From an uncultured Gemmatimonadaceae bacterium (GTDB taxonomy: Bacteria > Gemmatimonadota > Gemmatimonadetes > Gemmatimonadales > Gemmatimonadaceae), in assembly GCA_963843845.1 (NCBI GenBank), contig CAWJMB010000002.1, positions 160,001 to 224,000 on the forward strand: DNA of 64,000 bases. The letters run 5' to 3'. The position numbers and the translations under genes were made by a program. The notes under the pieces were generated by a model. It did no database searches. It was not told the origin of the DNA and saw nothing but the letters and a program-made list of their open reading frames with translations. Shown piece by piece: positions 42,398 to 51,929 of the stretch; within the stretch, counting starts at the first letter, position 1; each line of letters begins with the position of its first letter.

Positions 42398-43120
42398 CTA
42401 GGTCCGCAGTCGGAGGCCTTCGTGCGCGATCGTCAGCTCCTCGATCGCGATCTCGCCGGTCTTCGCGTTGAGCTGCGGGCCGCTGATGCGCGTCGGCAGC
42501 CCGCGGTCGAACGTCCACGTCGCGACGACCTCGCTGCCGCCGTTCGTGAGCACCTCGATGACGCCGTCGTAGCGCCGCACCGGCCGCACGCCGCCGAGGA
42601 TCCCTTGCAGCCACGCCCACAGCTCGCTGCGCACGGTGCCCGACGACGGGAACAGCATGCCGCGCTTGAGCACGATCGGCTGGTACTTGCCGCGGCCGAC
42701 GAGACGCACCATCCCGTCGTTGCGCCCACCCTCCTCGATCTCCTGCACGTCCATCTCGATCTGGAGCCCGCTGCACTCCTGGAAGCCGCCGTCGCCGAGC
42801 GTCGCGCCGCTGCCGCTCCCGCCGATCGACGCGCCCGCGGAGACCCCCGCCGAGACGCCGGCGCCGAGCGACGCGCTCGCGCTGAACGAGGCGCCCGCGT
42901 CGAACGACGCGCTCCCGCCGAGCGACGCGCCGCCGCCGAACGACGCGCTCGCGCCTAACGACGCACCTGCGCCGAACGACGCACCTGCGCCGAACGACGC
43001 GCTCGCGCCGACGCTCGCGCTCGCCGACGCGCCGACGCCCGCCGACGCGCCGCCGCCCCCCGCGGTCTGCGACAGCGTGACGCGGAAGTTGAAGGTCGAG
43101 GCGAGCGTGTCGGCCGGCAT
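42398..43120 (-). CDS. T4 gp19-like tail tube protein (Afp5-like) with low-complexity insertion
   Basis: FNFRV...GGFQECSGL..EGGRN..LKRG..GPQLNAKTGEIAIEELTIAHEG. Confidence 0.92.
   Translation of the reverse strand: MPADTLASTFNFRVTLSQTAGGGGASAGVGASASASVGASASFGAGASFGAGASLGASASFGGGASLGGSASFDAGASFSASASLGAGVSAGVSAGASIGGSGSGATLGDGGFQECSGLQIEMDVQEIEEGGRNDGMVRLVGRGKYQPIVLKRGMLFPSSGTVRSELWAWLQGILGGVRPVRRYDGVIEVLTNGGSEVVATWTFDRGLPTRISGPQLNAKTGEIAIEELTIAHEGLRLRT
42830..43060. repeat. Imperfect 18-bp tandem array coding G(A/G)(G/S)AS(F/L/V)
   Basis: GCGCCGAACGACGC-type units; 6-aa period in the translation. Confidence 0.85.
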
Positions 43121-43125
43121 CGTCG

Positions 43126-45063
43126 TCAGCCCTGCGCCCGCAGCGTGCCGTCACCCTCGCGCGCGAGCTGCACGACGAGGAACTCGAGCGGCTCCGCCGG
43201 CGCGACGCCGACGTGCGTGACCAGGCGTCCCAGGTCGAGCGACGCCGGCGGGTTCAGCGTGCCGTCGCAGCGCACGAAGAACGCCTCTTCCGGGCGCGAC
43301 CCGGCGAACGCGTTCGCGACGTAGAGCTGGCGCAGGTAGGCCTCGAGCAGGTGCATGACGCTCGAGCGGAGGGGGGCGCCGTTCGGCTCGAAGGCCGTCC
43401 ACTGCATCTGACGGAGGAGTACGCGCCGCACCATCGTCATCAGGCGCCGGACGGAGAGCTGCCGCCACCGCCGGTCGCTCGACAGCGTGCGCGCCGCGGT
43501 GAGCCGCACGCCGTCGCGCTCGAGCAGGAAGACGTTGAGGCCCACCGGGTGCAGCGCGTCGTGCCGCGCCGGCGACACGCGCTCGACGACGTCGAACACG
43601 CCGGCGGCGATCACGTTCGCGGGGCCGTACTGCACGCCGACCGTCAGCGCGCGGAGCGCCGTCACCCCGGCCGCGACGGCGGACGGCGGGACGTCGATCG
43701 CCGCGTCGCGCGCGTCGTCGCTCCGCGCCACGCGCAGCCACGGGTGGTACGCCGCCGCGTACATCGAGTCGAGCGCGCCGCGCCACCGCAGCAGCTGCCG
43801 CTGACTGAGGCCGGGCGGCGCATCGAGCAGCGCGACCCAGCTCTCGAGCGTGTCGGCGAGCGCGATCACCCGCTGCTGCAAGCCGATGATCGTCGCGAGG
43901 TCGAGCGCCGGGTCGAGCCGCAATCCGTCGAGGTCGTCCGCCGGCTCGTGGGGCACGACGGGCGGCGTCTCGACGCACTCGCAGAACGCGGCGCCCGCGC
44001 CGCCGGCGTCGGTCACCTCGTCGCGCGGCACGAGTGGCTTCGGCGAGTACAGGTCGGGCAGTGCGACGAGCGACAGGTCGTCGAGCGCGACGAGGGCGTG
44101 GATGCCGCGCCCCGGCTCGTCGTCGCCGAGGACCCACGCCGCGTCGAAGCAGTCGTCGGGCACGATGTCGCGGTACCGATCGTCGCCCTCGGCGAACGCG
44201 TCGGTCGTCGACGGCGCCAGCGCGAGGTCGATCGCGAGGTCGCGGTCGACCCACGTGCGCCGACTGTCGCTCTCCGGCAGCGTCGGGTCCGCTGCCGGCA
44301 CGAGCAGCGACGACTCCACGGCGAGCACGCGCGCGAGCCAGCGCGGGTGCTGCGGCGAGGTGCCTAACGACTCGTGTCGCTCGCTCCGCCCGTCGCCGTC
44401 GTCGACGTCGAGCACGCCCTCCACGATCTCGGCGGCCGCGACCGGCAGCGCGATCGGGGCGTCGAACGTGGCGTGCAGCTCGCGCACGGCGCGCGTCGCG
44501 TGCCACGTCTCGCGCACCGCGGCGATGCGCACGAACGCGCGGCCGCCGTCGTCGCGCAGCAGGCGCAGCAGCGTGCCCGCGACGAGCGGCATCCCTGACG
44601 GCCCGACGAGCTCGGCCGCCGAGAACCCGGCGACGTCGACGACGAGCGGCCGGGTCGTGTAGGACAGCGTCGCGCGGAGGTGGCTCCCCCACGCTCCCGC
44701 GTTCCGCGCACCGAGCCAGATCGTCGTGTCGCCGGCCGACGACCGCGCGAGCACCCCGGGGAGCGGCGCACGCGCCGCCGCCGCCGTCTCGTGCGTCACG
44801 CGCACGACGTACGCCCGCGCGCCGCCGTTCTCGAAGAACGACGCGACCGCGTACGGCAGCAGCCCCGGCCCCTCGAAGCGCCCGTAGCGCCGCGCGTACT
44901 CGTCCCAGCTCTCGACCGGCACCGCGACGTGCGCCGGCCCGCGCGGCGCGACGCCGACGAACGCGGCGACGTCCATCCGCTCGTTCGTCAGGGCGCGCAC
45001 CGGCTCCGGCGGGAGCCATGCGACCCCCGGGGCGCCCAACGCGAGTCGCAGCGCGGTCGTCAC
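43126..45063 (-). CDS. Contractile tail sheath protein 2
   Basis: DVAAFVGVAPRG, YAVASFFENGG, AAYHPWL, LTAARTLS, LSVRRL, FEPN, VGVAPAEPLEF. Confidence 0.92.
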   Translation of the reverse strand: MTTALRLALGAPGVAWLPPEPVRALTNERMDVAAFVGVAPRGPAHVAVPVESWDEYARRYGRFEGPGLLPYAVASFFENGGARAYVVRVTHETAAAARAPLPGVLARSSAGDTTIWLGARNAGAWGSHLRATLSYTTRPLVVDVAGFSAAELVGPSGMPLVAGTLLRLLRDDGGRAFVRIAAVRETWHATRAVRELHATFDAPIALPVAAAEIVEGVLDVDDGDGRSERHESLGTSPQHPRWLARVLAVESSLLVPAADPTLPESDSRRTWVDRDLAIDLALAPSTTDAFAEGDDRYRDIVPDDCFDAAWVLGDDEPGRGIHALVALDDLSLVALPDLYSPKPLVPRDEVTDAGGAGAAFCECVETPPVVPHEPADDLDGLRLDPALDLATIIGLQQRVIALADTLESWVALLDAPPGLSQRQLLRWRGALDSMYAAAYHPWLRVARSDDARDAAIDVPPSAVAAGVTALRALTVGVQYGPANVIAAGVFDVVERVSPARHDALHPVGLNVFLLERDGVRLTAARTLSSDRRWRQLSVRRLMTMVRRVLLRQMQWTAFEPNGAPLRSSVMHLLEAYLRQLYVANAFAGSRPEEAFFVRCDGTLNPPASLDLGRLVTHVGVAPAEPLEFLVVQLAREGDGTLRAQG

Positions 45064-45093
45064 GGCCGGTGCCTGCGCGAGTGCGTGCCGATC

Positions 45094-45555
45094 CTAGCGG
45101 TACTCGATCCCTTCGTGGACGAGCTGCAGCTCTTCCATGGCCACCTCGCCGCCCCCCTTGGCGGCCAGCGTCGGCCCCGTCCACTTCTTCGGCTGCGCGT
45201 TGAGCAGCCGGAACGTCGCGACCGGCTTGCGCGCCTCGTCGAGCATCGTGATCGTGACGTTGCGCCGGTCGAACGTTCCGTCGCGCACACCCTTGACCCA
45301 CTCGAACAGGTCGGTCGACCCGACGAGCCCGCGCTTCAGCGTGACGTCGTCGTTCTTGTGCGTGTTCGCGACCTTGCGAACCGTGTTGGCCCGCTCGTTC
45401 CCGTTCCGATATTCGGCGTAGCTGATGTCGACGCCGAGCCCGCTGACGTCGGAGAATCCGCCGATGACGGTGCCGCTCGCCCCGTCGCCCTGCGCGCCGC
45501 CCAACGCGACGAGGAAGTTGAAGGCGCCGTAGGGGGTGTCTCGAAAAGTCGGCAT
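45094..45555 (-). CDS. T4 gp19-like tail tube protein (Afp1-like)
   Basis: PYGAFNFLV, GGFSDVSGL, EYRNGNE, VTLKRG, VAMEELQLVHEG. Confidence 0.95.
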   Translation of the reverse strand: MPTFRDTPYGAFNFLVALGGAQGDGASGTVIGGFSDVSGLGVDISYAEYRNGNERANTVRKVANTHKNDDVTLKRGLVGSTDLFEWVKGVRDGTFDRRNVTITMLDEARKPVATFRLLNAQPKKWTGPTLAAKGGGEVAMEELQLVHEGIEYR

Positions 45556-45567
45556 GGTGAGGTCCGG

Positions 45568-47430
45568 TTAGCTCGTCACGGTTGTCTGCGCCGCGTCGCC
45601 CGTCCACTGGCCGATGCGGAAGATCACGAACTCCGCCGGCTTCGTCGGCGCGACGCCGATGAGGCAGATCATGCGGCCGTTGTCGAGGTCGTTCTGCGTC
45701 ATCGTCGTGCGGTCGCAGCGAACGAAGTACGCCTGCTCCGGCTTGTCGCCGAGCAGCGCGCCGTCACGCCACGCGACGAGCAGGAAGTCCTCGACCGCCT
45801 GCTGCACGTTGCGCCACAGCCGGCTGTTGTTCGGCTCGAACACCGCCCACTGCGTCGACTTGTCGATCGAGTGCTCGAGGTAGATGAACAGGCGCCGCAC
45901 GTTCACGTACTTCCACTCGGGGTCGGAGCTCAGCGTGCGCGCGCCCCACACGCGGTTGCCGCGCCCCTCGAAGAAGCGCAGCGCGTTGATCCCTTCCGGA
46001 TTCAGCACGTCCTGCCGCTGCTTGTTGACGTTGCTCTCGAGCCGCGTGAGTCCCCGCACGACCTCGTTCGCCGGCGCCTTGTGCACGCCGCGCTGCACGT
46101 CCTTCCGCGCGTAGATCCCGCACACGAAGCCGCTCGGCGGGAGCAGCAGGCGGCGCGGCGGGGCGCCCTGCGCGGGGCGCTCGAGCGGGTCGAGGATCTC
46201 GACCCACGGGTGGTAGAGCGCGGCGTACTTGCTGTCGAAGTTCCCGCGGAACTCGCGGATCTCCGTCATCGAGCTGTTCACCCGCCCGTCGACGACCGCG
46301 ATGCGGTACTTCAGACGCTCGGCGTGCGCGATGACGCCGCTCGTCGCGACGATCGACAGCGCCTCGTCGTCGTACGCGCCCGCGTCCGGCAGCGCGACGA
46401 TCGCGATGTCCTCGATCTCGCCGAGCGCGTCGAGCCCGGTGGCCTTGACCGTCGCGTCGTCCGGATCGGCGTCGGCGCCCAGCAGATCGTCGGGAGAGGC
46501 GATGACGCCGTCGTGGCCGCCGGCGAGGCGCGGCAAGGTGTTGTTGCGCAGCGCGACGATGAGGTTCGCCGCCGCGTCGTCGCCGAACGCCTCGGCGTCC
46601 CAGTCGAGCCAGACGACGGCGCTCTCGTCCTCGGGATCGTCGCGGTCGAGGATGCGGCCGACGTAGCGCCGCTGCACCGGGTGCAGCCCCAGCTCGGCGT
46701 ACTCGTCGACGCGCTCGCCGTTCACGCGCACGACGACGCGCGCCTCGACGAGCTGGATGACGTCGGTGGCTGCAGGGAGGAACGCGGCGCCGCCGCGCAT
46801 GAACAGCTGGCGTCCGTCCGCGGGATCGATCGCGACTTCGGCCAGCGTGGCGAGCGTCGGCACGTCGTTGCCGACCGGCGCGTCGCCGGCCGCGATGACT
46901 TCGACGACGGCGCCCTGCTTCGCGCGCATCGCCTGCACCGCGCCGCCGAACTGCGCGCTCGCGAACGCGACGTTCTTGCTGCGCACGACGCGCGTCTCGA
47001 CCGAGACGTTGCCGAACTCGCCCGGCCACCGCGCACGCCACGTCGCCGTCGCCGCGCCGACCGCGATCGCCCGCGACGCGACGCCGAGGTCCTCGGCGGG
47101 CGCCACGCCGCGCGGCGCGAACACGCGCGAGATGTAGAGGCGCTGGCCGCCGTTCATGAAGAACGCCCGCGCGGCGTGCGCGACGTACGACAGCCGCTCG
47201 TCGCCGATCGTCGGCGCGTGCAGCGGCTCGAGCCCGCCGTACACGCGCTCGAATTCGGTGAACGACGTGATCAGCCGCGGCTCCGTGGACGACGGCCCGT
47301 CGGCGTACTGCACCGGCCCCGTTCGTGTCATCCCCGCGAAGCCGGTCGTACTCGTCGGCACCCCCTCGATCGACTTCGAGCGGAAGCTGACTTCCTCGAC
47401 GTACACCCCAGGCGCCAGGTACTCGGGCAT
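45568..47430 (-). CDS. Contractile tail sheath protein 1
   Basis: MPEYLAPGVYVEE, RGVHKAPANE, LNPEGINALR, VWGARTLS, YVNVRRL, KPAEFVIFRI. Confidence 0.96.
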   Translation of the reverse strand: MPEYLAPGVYVEEVSFRSKSIEGVPTSTTGFAGMTRTGPVQYADGPSSTEPRLITSFTEFERVYGGLEPLHAPTIGDERLSYVAHAARAFFMNGGQRLYISRVFAPRGVAPAEDLGVASRAIAVGAATATWRARWPGEFGNVSVETRVVRSKNVAFASAQFGGAVQAMRAKQGAVVEVIAAGDAPVGNDVPTLATLAEVAIDPADGRQLFMRGGAAFLPAATDVIQLVEARVVVRVNGERVDEYAELGLHPVQRRYVGRILDRDDPEDESAVVWLDWDAEAFGDDAAANLIVALRNNTLPRLAGGHDGVIASPDDLLGADADPDDATVKATGLDALGEIEDIAIVALPDAGAYDDEALSIVATSGVIAHAERLKYRIAVVDGRVNSSMTEIREFRGNFDSKYAALYHPWVEILDPLERPAQGAPPRRLLLPPSGFVCGIYARKDVQRGVHKAPANEVVRGLTRLESNVNKQRQDVLNPEGINALRFFEGRGNRVWGARTLSSDPEWKYVNVRRLFIYLEHSIDKSTQWAVFEPNNSRLWRNVQQAVEDFLLVAWRDGALLGDKPEQAYFVRCDRTTMTQNDLDNGRMICLIGVAPTKPAEFVIFRIGQWTGDAAQTTVTS

Positions 47431-47475
47431 CGGTCGCTCCTAGTGGTTGGGCACTGCTTGTCGACGCTCTTGATC

Positions 47476-47555
47476 GTCATCCCGAGCGGGGCGAGGGATC
47501 TCGTCGTTCGGACGCGAGTCCGGGCCGCGAGGTCGCCGCCGGCGCTCAGGGCGAC
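47476..47555. repeat. REP-like imperfect inverted repeat
   Basis: GTCATCCCGAGCGGGGCGAGGGATCTC with a degenerate complementary arm at 47529-47555; intergenic. Confidence 0.6.
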
Positions 47556-47571
47556 GGCACCGGGAAGCGCC

Positions 47572-48468
47572 TCACGTGAGATCGAACGCCGGCACGCTCG
47601 CACTCACGATCGCGCCGTAGGTGAACTGCACCGTCTGCGTCGCCACGCCCTCGAACACCGCCGGCACGACGCGCCCTTCGGCGACCGGGTCGACCGCCGA
47701 GCCGGGGCCGCCCAACGTCTCGAGCGGCACGTCCCAGAACGGATCGGCGCGCCGAACGGCGACCGGGGGATCGCCGACCGGCAGGAAGCGACGCCCGTGC
47801 GCCGTCACGCTGAGCGTCAGCGTCTCCGGCAGCTCGACCGCCGGCGCCGGGATCGCGTCGGGCGGCAGGAGCAGCAGGAACTCGCCGTGCGCGTCGCCAT
47901 GGCCCCAGGCGATCGGTGGCCCGCCGAACGGCAGCCGCGCCTCGACGCGCGCCCACCGCGCCGGCACGCGCGCCGCCGCGTTCAGCGGGTCCTGCACGAC
48001 GACGCGCCCGCGGAGCCCCGTGCGCCGCTCCCCCGTGTCGTACGCCGCACCCGGGTACAGCAGCGGCGCGCACGACCGCATCTCGACCGGCAGCAGGTCG
48101 AGCACGCTCACGTCCTCCGGCACTCCCAGCTCCGCGAGCGGCACGCGCAGGCGGCGCGGCACGTAGTGCTCGGCCGCGTCGAGCACGCGCAGGTCGACCG
48201 ACGTGCCGCGCCCCGGCTCGTGGACGAGCGCGTGCCGCCCGCTCGCGTGCGGCGGCACGCGCCGCCACGTGTCGTGGAGCGGCCGGCCGGATCGTGTCAG
48301 GTGATCCAGTCGCCGTGTCTGCTCGGCGGACAGCGGCCCGGCGAGCGGCCGCGGCTCGACGAGCACCGACACCGGCCGCGCGAGCCGCAGCCCGCTCATC
48401 GCGTCGCCGAGCTGCACGCCGAGCGTGAGGCGCGTCGTGCGCGTCACCGAGAGCGGCGGCGCCGTCAC
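47572..48468 (-). CDS. CIS-associated hypothetical protein (beta-sandwich-like)
   Basis: LLYPGAAY..TGLRGRV..RWARVEA..GDAHGEFLL; lies between cap and sheath genes; start uncertain. Confidence 0.7.
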   Translation of the reverse strand: MTAPPLSVTRTTRLTLGVQLGDAMSGLRLARPVSVLVEPRPLAGPLSAEQTRRLDHLTRSGRPLHDTWRRVPPHASGRHALVHEPGRGTSVDLRVLDAAEHYVPRRLRVPLAELGVPEDVSVLDLLPVEMRSCAPLLYPGAAYDTGERRTGLRGRVVVQDPLNAAARVPARWARVEARLPFGGPPIAWGHGDAHGEFLLLLPPDAIPAPAVELPETLTLSVTAHGRRFLPVGDPPVAVRRADPFWDVPLETLGGPGSAVDPVAEGRVVPAVFEGVATQTVQFTYGAIVSASVPAFDLT

Positions 48469-48490
48469 GTCGGCCCCGTCGCGTCAGGCG

Positions 48491-48545
48491 TCGGCTCCGC
48501 CATCGGCTCCGCCATCGGCTCCGCCATCGGCTCCGCCACCGGCTC
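48491..48545. repeat. 12-bp tandem repeat (TCGGCTCCGCCA x4 plus partial)
   Basis: Read directly. Confidence 0.9.
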
Positions 48546-49149
48546 AGGCATCCGGCGCACCGTGCGGCACTCGCGGCGCGAAGCCGGAGACGGCCGTCGT
48601 CACGTCGGGCGCGCCGAACGCGCGGTCGGCGTCGATGCGCACCGTGCTCGCGCGGTAGGGCACGCTCAGCTTGAACTCGGTCGGCAGCGAGTCGAACGTG
48701 CGCATGATCCACTCGGTCGGCACGTCCTCGAGCGTCAGCTGCACCGCCTCGTTCGTCGCCCACCCGCCGGCCGGCGTGAGGAGCGGCCCGCTCAGGATCG
48801 GCGTCGCGTCGAGGCACTGCATCGCGCGGCCGAGGATGCGGTGCTCGAGCTCGGGGTCGGACGCCCACGGCGTCAGCATGTAGTGCAGGTCGAGCGGCAG
48901 CCGCGCGACGCCGTCCTGGCTCGCGACGCCGGCCCAGGCGGCGCGCGTCGTCTTGTTCTGCTCGACGCGATACAGGAAGATCGAGAGGCACGGCGGCGTG
49001 AGTCCGCCGCCGTCGCCGAAGTCCTCGGTGCGCGCGAGCGTCGCCACCGTGCGCGAGCCGTCGACCGGCACCGGGTCCTCGAGGAAGCACGCCGACAGCA
49101 GCCGCTCCAGGCTCTTGCCGACCGACGCGATCGCGCGGTAGCCGGCCAT
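48544..49149 (-). CDS. DUF4255 / Pvc16-like tail terminator (cap) protein
   Basis: LSIFLYRVEQN, LPLDLHYMLTPW, EHRILGRAMQ, KLSVPYRASTVRI. Confidence 0.9.
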   Translation of the reverse strand: MAGYRAIASVGKSLERLLSACFLEDPVPVDGSRTVATLARTEDFGDGGGLTPPCLSIFLYRVEQNKTTRAAWAGVASQDGVARLPLDLHYMLTPWASDPELEHRILGRAMQCLDATPILSGPLLTPAGGWATNEAVQLTLEDVPTEWIMRTFDSLPTEFKLSVPYRASTVRIDADRAFGAPDVTTAVSGFAPRVPHGAPDA

Positions 49150-49580
49150 TATCGGCCCGCTCCGCGCGAGTCGCTCGCGCCGCTCGACAGGGTCGACAGG
49201 GTCGACAGGCTCGACGTGCTCGACGCGTTCACGGTCGCGTGTCGCGCGCGCACGACCTGTACGAGCGACTCGGGCGACAGGGCGCCCAACGGGATCCGCT
49301 GTGGGCGTAGCTCGTAGAGCGTCGCGTCGCGCCCGTCGGTCGAGATCCCGACCACGCGCAGCGTCGGGTGCGCGTACAGCGCCGCCGCGTACGCGTCCGC
49401 CTGCGGCGACGGCTCGGCGACGATGACGACGTCGGCATCGTCGCACGCACCGCCCGAGGCGCCGCCCTCGGACGCGTTGCGCGCCGCGACCGCCACGTCC
49501 GGCGCCGCACCGAGCACGGTCTCCACGATCTCACGCAACATCCTGGGCATCTCGGCGAGCACGACACGTATGCGTTCCAC
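49149..49580 (-). CDS. Receiver-like protein, apparently degenerate
   Basis: IRVVLAEMPRMLREIVETVL..DADVVIVAE..LRVVGIS; GGAGG RBS; stop overlaps the next start. Confidence 0.65.
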   Translation of the reverse strand: MERIRVVLAEMPRMLREIVETVLGAAPDVAVAARNASEGGASGGACDDADVVIVAEPSPQADAYAAALYAHPTLRVVGISTDGRDATLYELRPQRIPLGALSPESLVQVVRARHATVNASSTSSLSTLSTLSSGASDSRGAGR

Positions 49581-49635
49581 CCCACGACCTCCCTCGCGGA
49601 GCGCACACGGTGCCGCCGATCGTGCGGGCGGCAAA

Positions 49636-49652
49636 TAGGCCGAACGATCCTA
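49636..49652. promoter_or_regulatory. Candidate LuxR/NarL-type operator (TAGG-N9-CCTA)
   Basis: TAGGCCGAACGATCCTA in an AT-richer spacer upstream of the CIS operon. Confidence 0.35.
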
Positions 49653-49757
49653 AATCGGTCTACGCGTCGGAGCGCCGGAGGTACACGGCGTGGACCGAAG
49701 GATTCATCGCGCCACGCGCCGTCGCCGGCGGCTGGTTATGCTGACGCCGGCGGCTGG

Positions 49758-50441
49758 CTACGCCGTCGCGCCCGCGCTGTGCCCGCGCACTCGCGCCGCC
49801 GCCTCGCCGCGCCGCCGCACGTGCAGCTTCTCGAGGATGTGGTGCACGTGGTTCTTCACGGTCGCCGTGCCGATGCGCAGCCTCGCCCCGATCTCCTTGT
49901 TCGACAGGCCGGCGTCGATCAGCCGCACGATCTCGTGCTCGCGTCGCGTGAGCGCATCGCCCACGACGGGGGTGAGCGGCACTTCGGCGTCGCGCGTCGC
50001 GCTCGCGGCGCGTGGCGTCGCGCCGCGCGCCGCGCCCGTGTCCGAGAGCGCCGCGATCCGCGCGAACAGCGACGCGGTGACGTGCGGCGAGCAGTGCAGC
50101 TCTCCGCGCATCGCGGCGTGGATCGCCGCGACGACGTCGTCGACGCTCGCGTCGCGCGGCACGTACCCCGCGATCCCCGCCTCGGCGCACGCCACGACGT
50201 CGGGGCCGACGTCGGCGACGGCGAACGCGACGAGCGTCACGCTCGGCGCCTCGCGCCGCAGCGCGCGCGCGAGGTCGAGGGCACCGGGCATCCCCGTATC
50301 GAGGAGCACCACGTCGGGCGCGTGCAGCGCCGCCAGCGCCCGCGCCGCCCCCGCGTCAGCTGCAACGCCGAGCGTGCGGAGCGCGTTCCGTCCCGCGAGG
50401 GCGAGGAGGAGGCCGTCGCGGTAGAGGCGCACGTCGCTCAC
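49758..50441 (-). CDS. NarL/LuxR family response regulator
   Basis: DVVLLD receiver Asp; LTRREHEIVRLIDAGLSNKEIG..TVKNHVHHILEKL HTH; true start probably further upstream. Confidence 0.92.
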   Translation of the reverse strand: MSDVRLYRDGLLLALAGRNALRTLGVAADAGAARALAALHAPDVVLLDTGMPGALDLARALRREAPSVTLVAFAVADVGPDVVACAEAGIAGYVPRDASVDDVVAAIHAAMRGELHCSPHVTASLFARIAALSDTGAARGATPRAASATRDAEVPLTPVVGDALTRREHEIVRLIDAGLSNKEIGARLRIGTATVKNHVHHILEKLHVRRRGEAAARVRGHSAGATA

Positions 50442-50904
50442 GAGCAGGACGTGCGGCGTGCGGCTCGTGCGGCTCGTGCCGCTCGGCCGACGTCGACGCT
50501 CGCTGTGCCGCTCGCTCCGTACGGGGGGTCATGAGGCGCCAAGGTGCGAGCAGCGATTCGGGTGGTCAAGCTCGTCAGTGCGCCTGGACCCTCGTGCGGT
50601 GACCTATCCCACGATTTCGCGCGCTTCCAGTGGTCGAGCTCGCTCGGCTGCTGCCGTGCGCTGCCTCAGTCGGCGCGTGCCAGCGCTCGCGCGTCGCCGA
50701 CGGGGAGTACGGTTCGGCGTGATGGTGATACGGGTTCTGCGGCGACGGGGCCCGTCGTATCGATCGAACGGGATGATCTCGTCGGTGAGCGGACGGTTCT
50801 GTCGGTCGTACTGGTCGAACGGCGGCACGCCGTTCGCCGCGATGCCTCGCCATGCTCGTCGCCAGGAGACGGAATGACGACTCCGCATCCGTTGTCGAAG
50901 CTGT

Positions 50905-51492
50905 GTGACCGCTGACCTCGCGACCGCCGTCGTTCCCGACGAGGAGCTCGTCGCGCGCGCGCGGCGGGGAGACGACGACGCGTTCCGACAGCTCGTCGAG
51001 CGGCACGAGCGCGCCGTCGCCGCTGCGGTCGTCGGGATGCTCGGCGCCGGCGACGACGCGGACGACGTGGGGCAGGAGACGTTCGTGCACTTCCACCGCG
51101 CGCTCGACCGCTTTCGCGGCGACGCGTCGGTGCGGACCTATCTCGTGCGGATCGCGATGAACCTGTCGATCAACGCGCTGAAGCAGCGCACCCGCCGCGC
51201 GCGGCGCTTTCTCTCGTTCGACGTCTTCACGTCGTCGTCGCCGCTCCCCGAGCCGGCGAGCGAGCCGGTCGACGCCGCCGGCGACGGCGAGCTGCGCGAC
51301 GTGGTGCGCCGCGCCCTCGACACGCTGAGCGAGAAGCACCGCCCCGTCGTCGTGCTCCGTCTCATGGAAGGCTACTCCACGCGCGAGACCGCCGAGCTGC
51401 TCGGCGTGCCGGAAGGGACGGTGCTGTCGCGGCTGTCGCGCGCGCTGCGCGAACTGGAGCCGAGGCTCGCGCCCTACGTGCGCGCGACGTGA
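50905..51492 (+). CDS. ECF RNA polymerase sigma factor
   Basis: DADDVGQETF, FRGDASVRTYLVRIAMN, YSTRETAELLGVPEGTVLSRLSRA. Confidence 0.92.
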   Translation: MTADLATAVVPDEELVARARRGDDDAFRQLVERHERAVAAAVVGMLGAGDDADDVGQETFVHFHRALDRFRGDASVRTYLVRIAMNLSINALKQRTRRARRFLSFDVFTSSSPLPEPASEPVDAAGDGELRDVVRRALDTLSEKHRPVVVLRLMEGYSTRETAELLGVPEGTVLSRLSRALRELEPRLAPYVRAT

Positions 51493-51929
51493 CGTTCAAC
51501 GAGATGACTGACATGCCGCCTGACGACATCGAATCGCTGCTGCGCGCCGCGCGCACCGAGAGGTTCGCCCCCGGCTTCGCCGACCGCGTCGCGACGCGCC
51601 TTGCCGACGAGCGCCGTGCCGCCGAGCGTGGCGCGGAGACCGGGCGGGGCGTGCCCTCGCTCACCGCGGCGCGACCCCTCTCCGGCTCGCTGTCGCGGCA
51701 GGGGCTGCGGCTCGTCCCCGCAGTGCTCGCCGCCTCGCTCGTCATCGGCGCCGTGAACTGGTGGCACGCGCGCGAGTCCGACGCCGAGTACGGCGGCGCC
51801 GCAGCCTCGCCCCTCGCCGGCGCGATCGGACTGTCGAGGGTGACCGTCGCGTCGGCGCTCACCGTCTCCGGTGCCGACCTGTCCGACGCGTCGAGCGAGG
51901 GGGCATCCGACGCGCAGGAGTTCCGATGA
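51489..51929 (+). CDS. Putative anti-sigma membrane protein
   Basis: Coupled to the sigma gene; PGFADRV followed by one TM segment. Confidence 0.6.
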   Translation: MTFNEMTDMPPDDIESLLRAARTERFAPGFADRVATRLADERRAAERGAETGRGVPSLTAARPLSGSLSRQGLRLVPAVLAASLVIGAVNWWHARESDAEYGGAAASPLAGAIGLSRVTVASALTVSGADLSDASSEGASDAQEFR

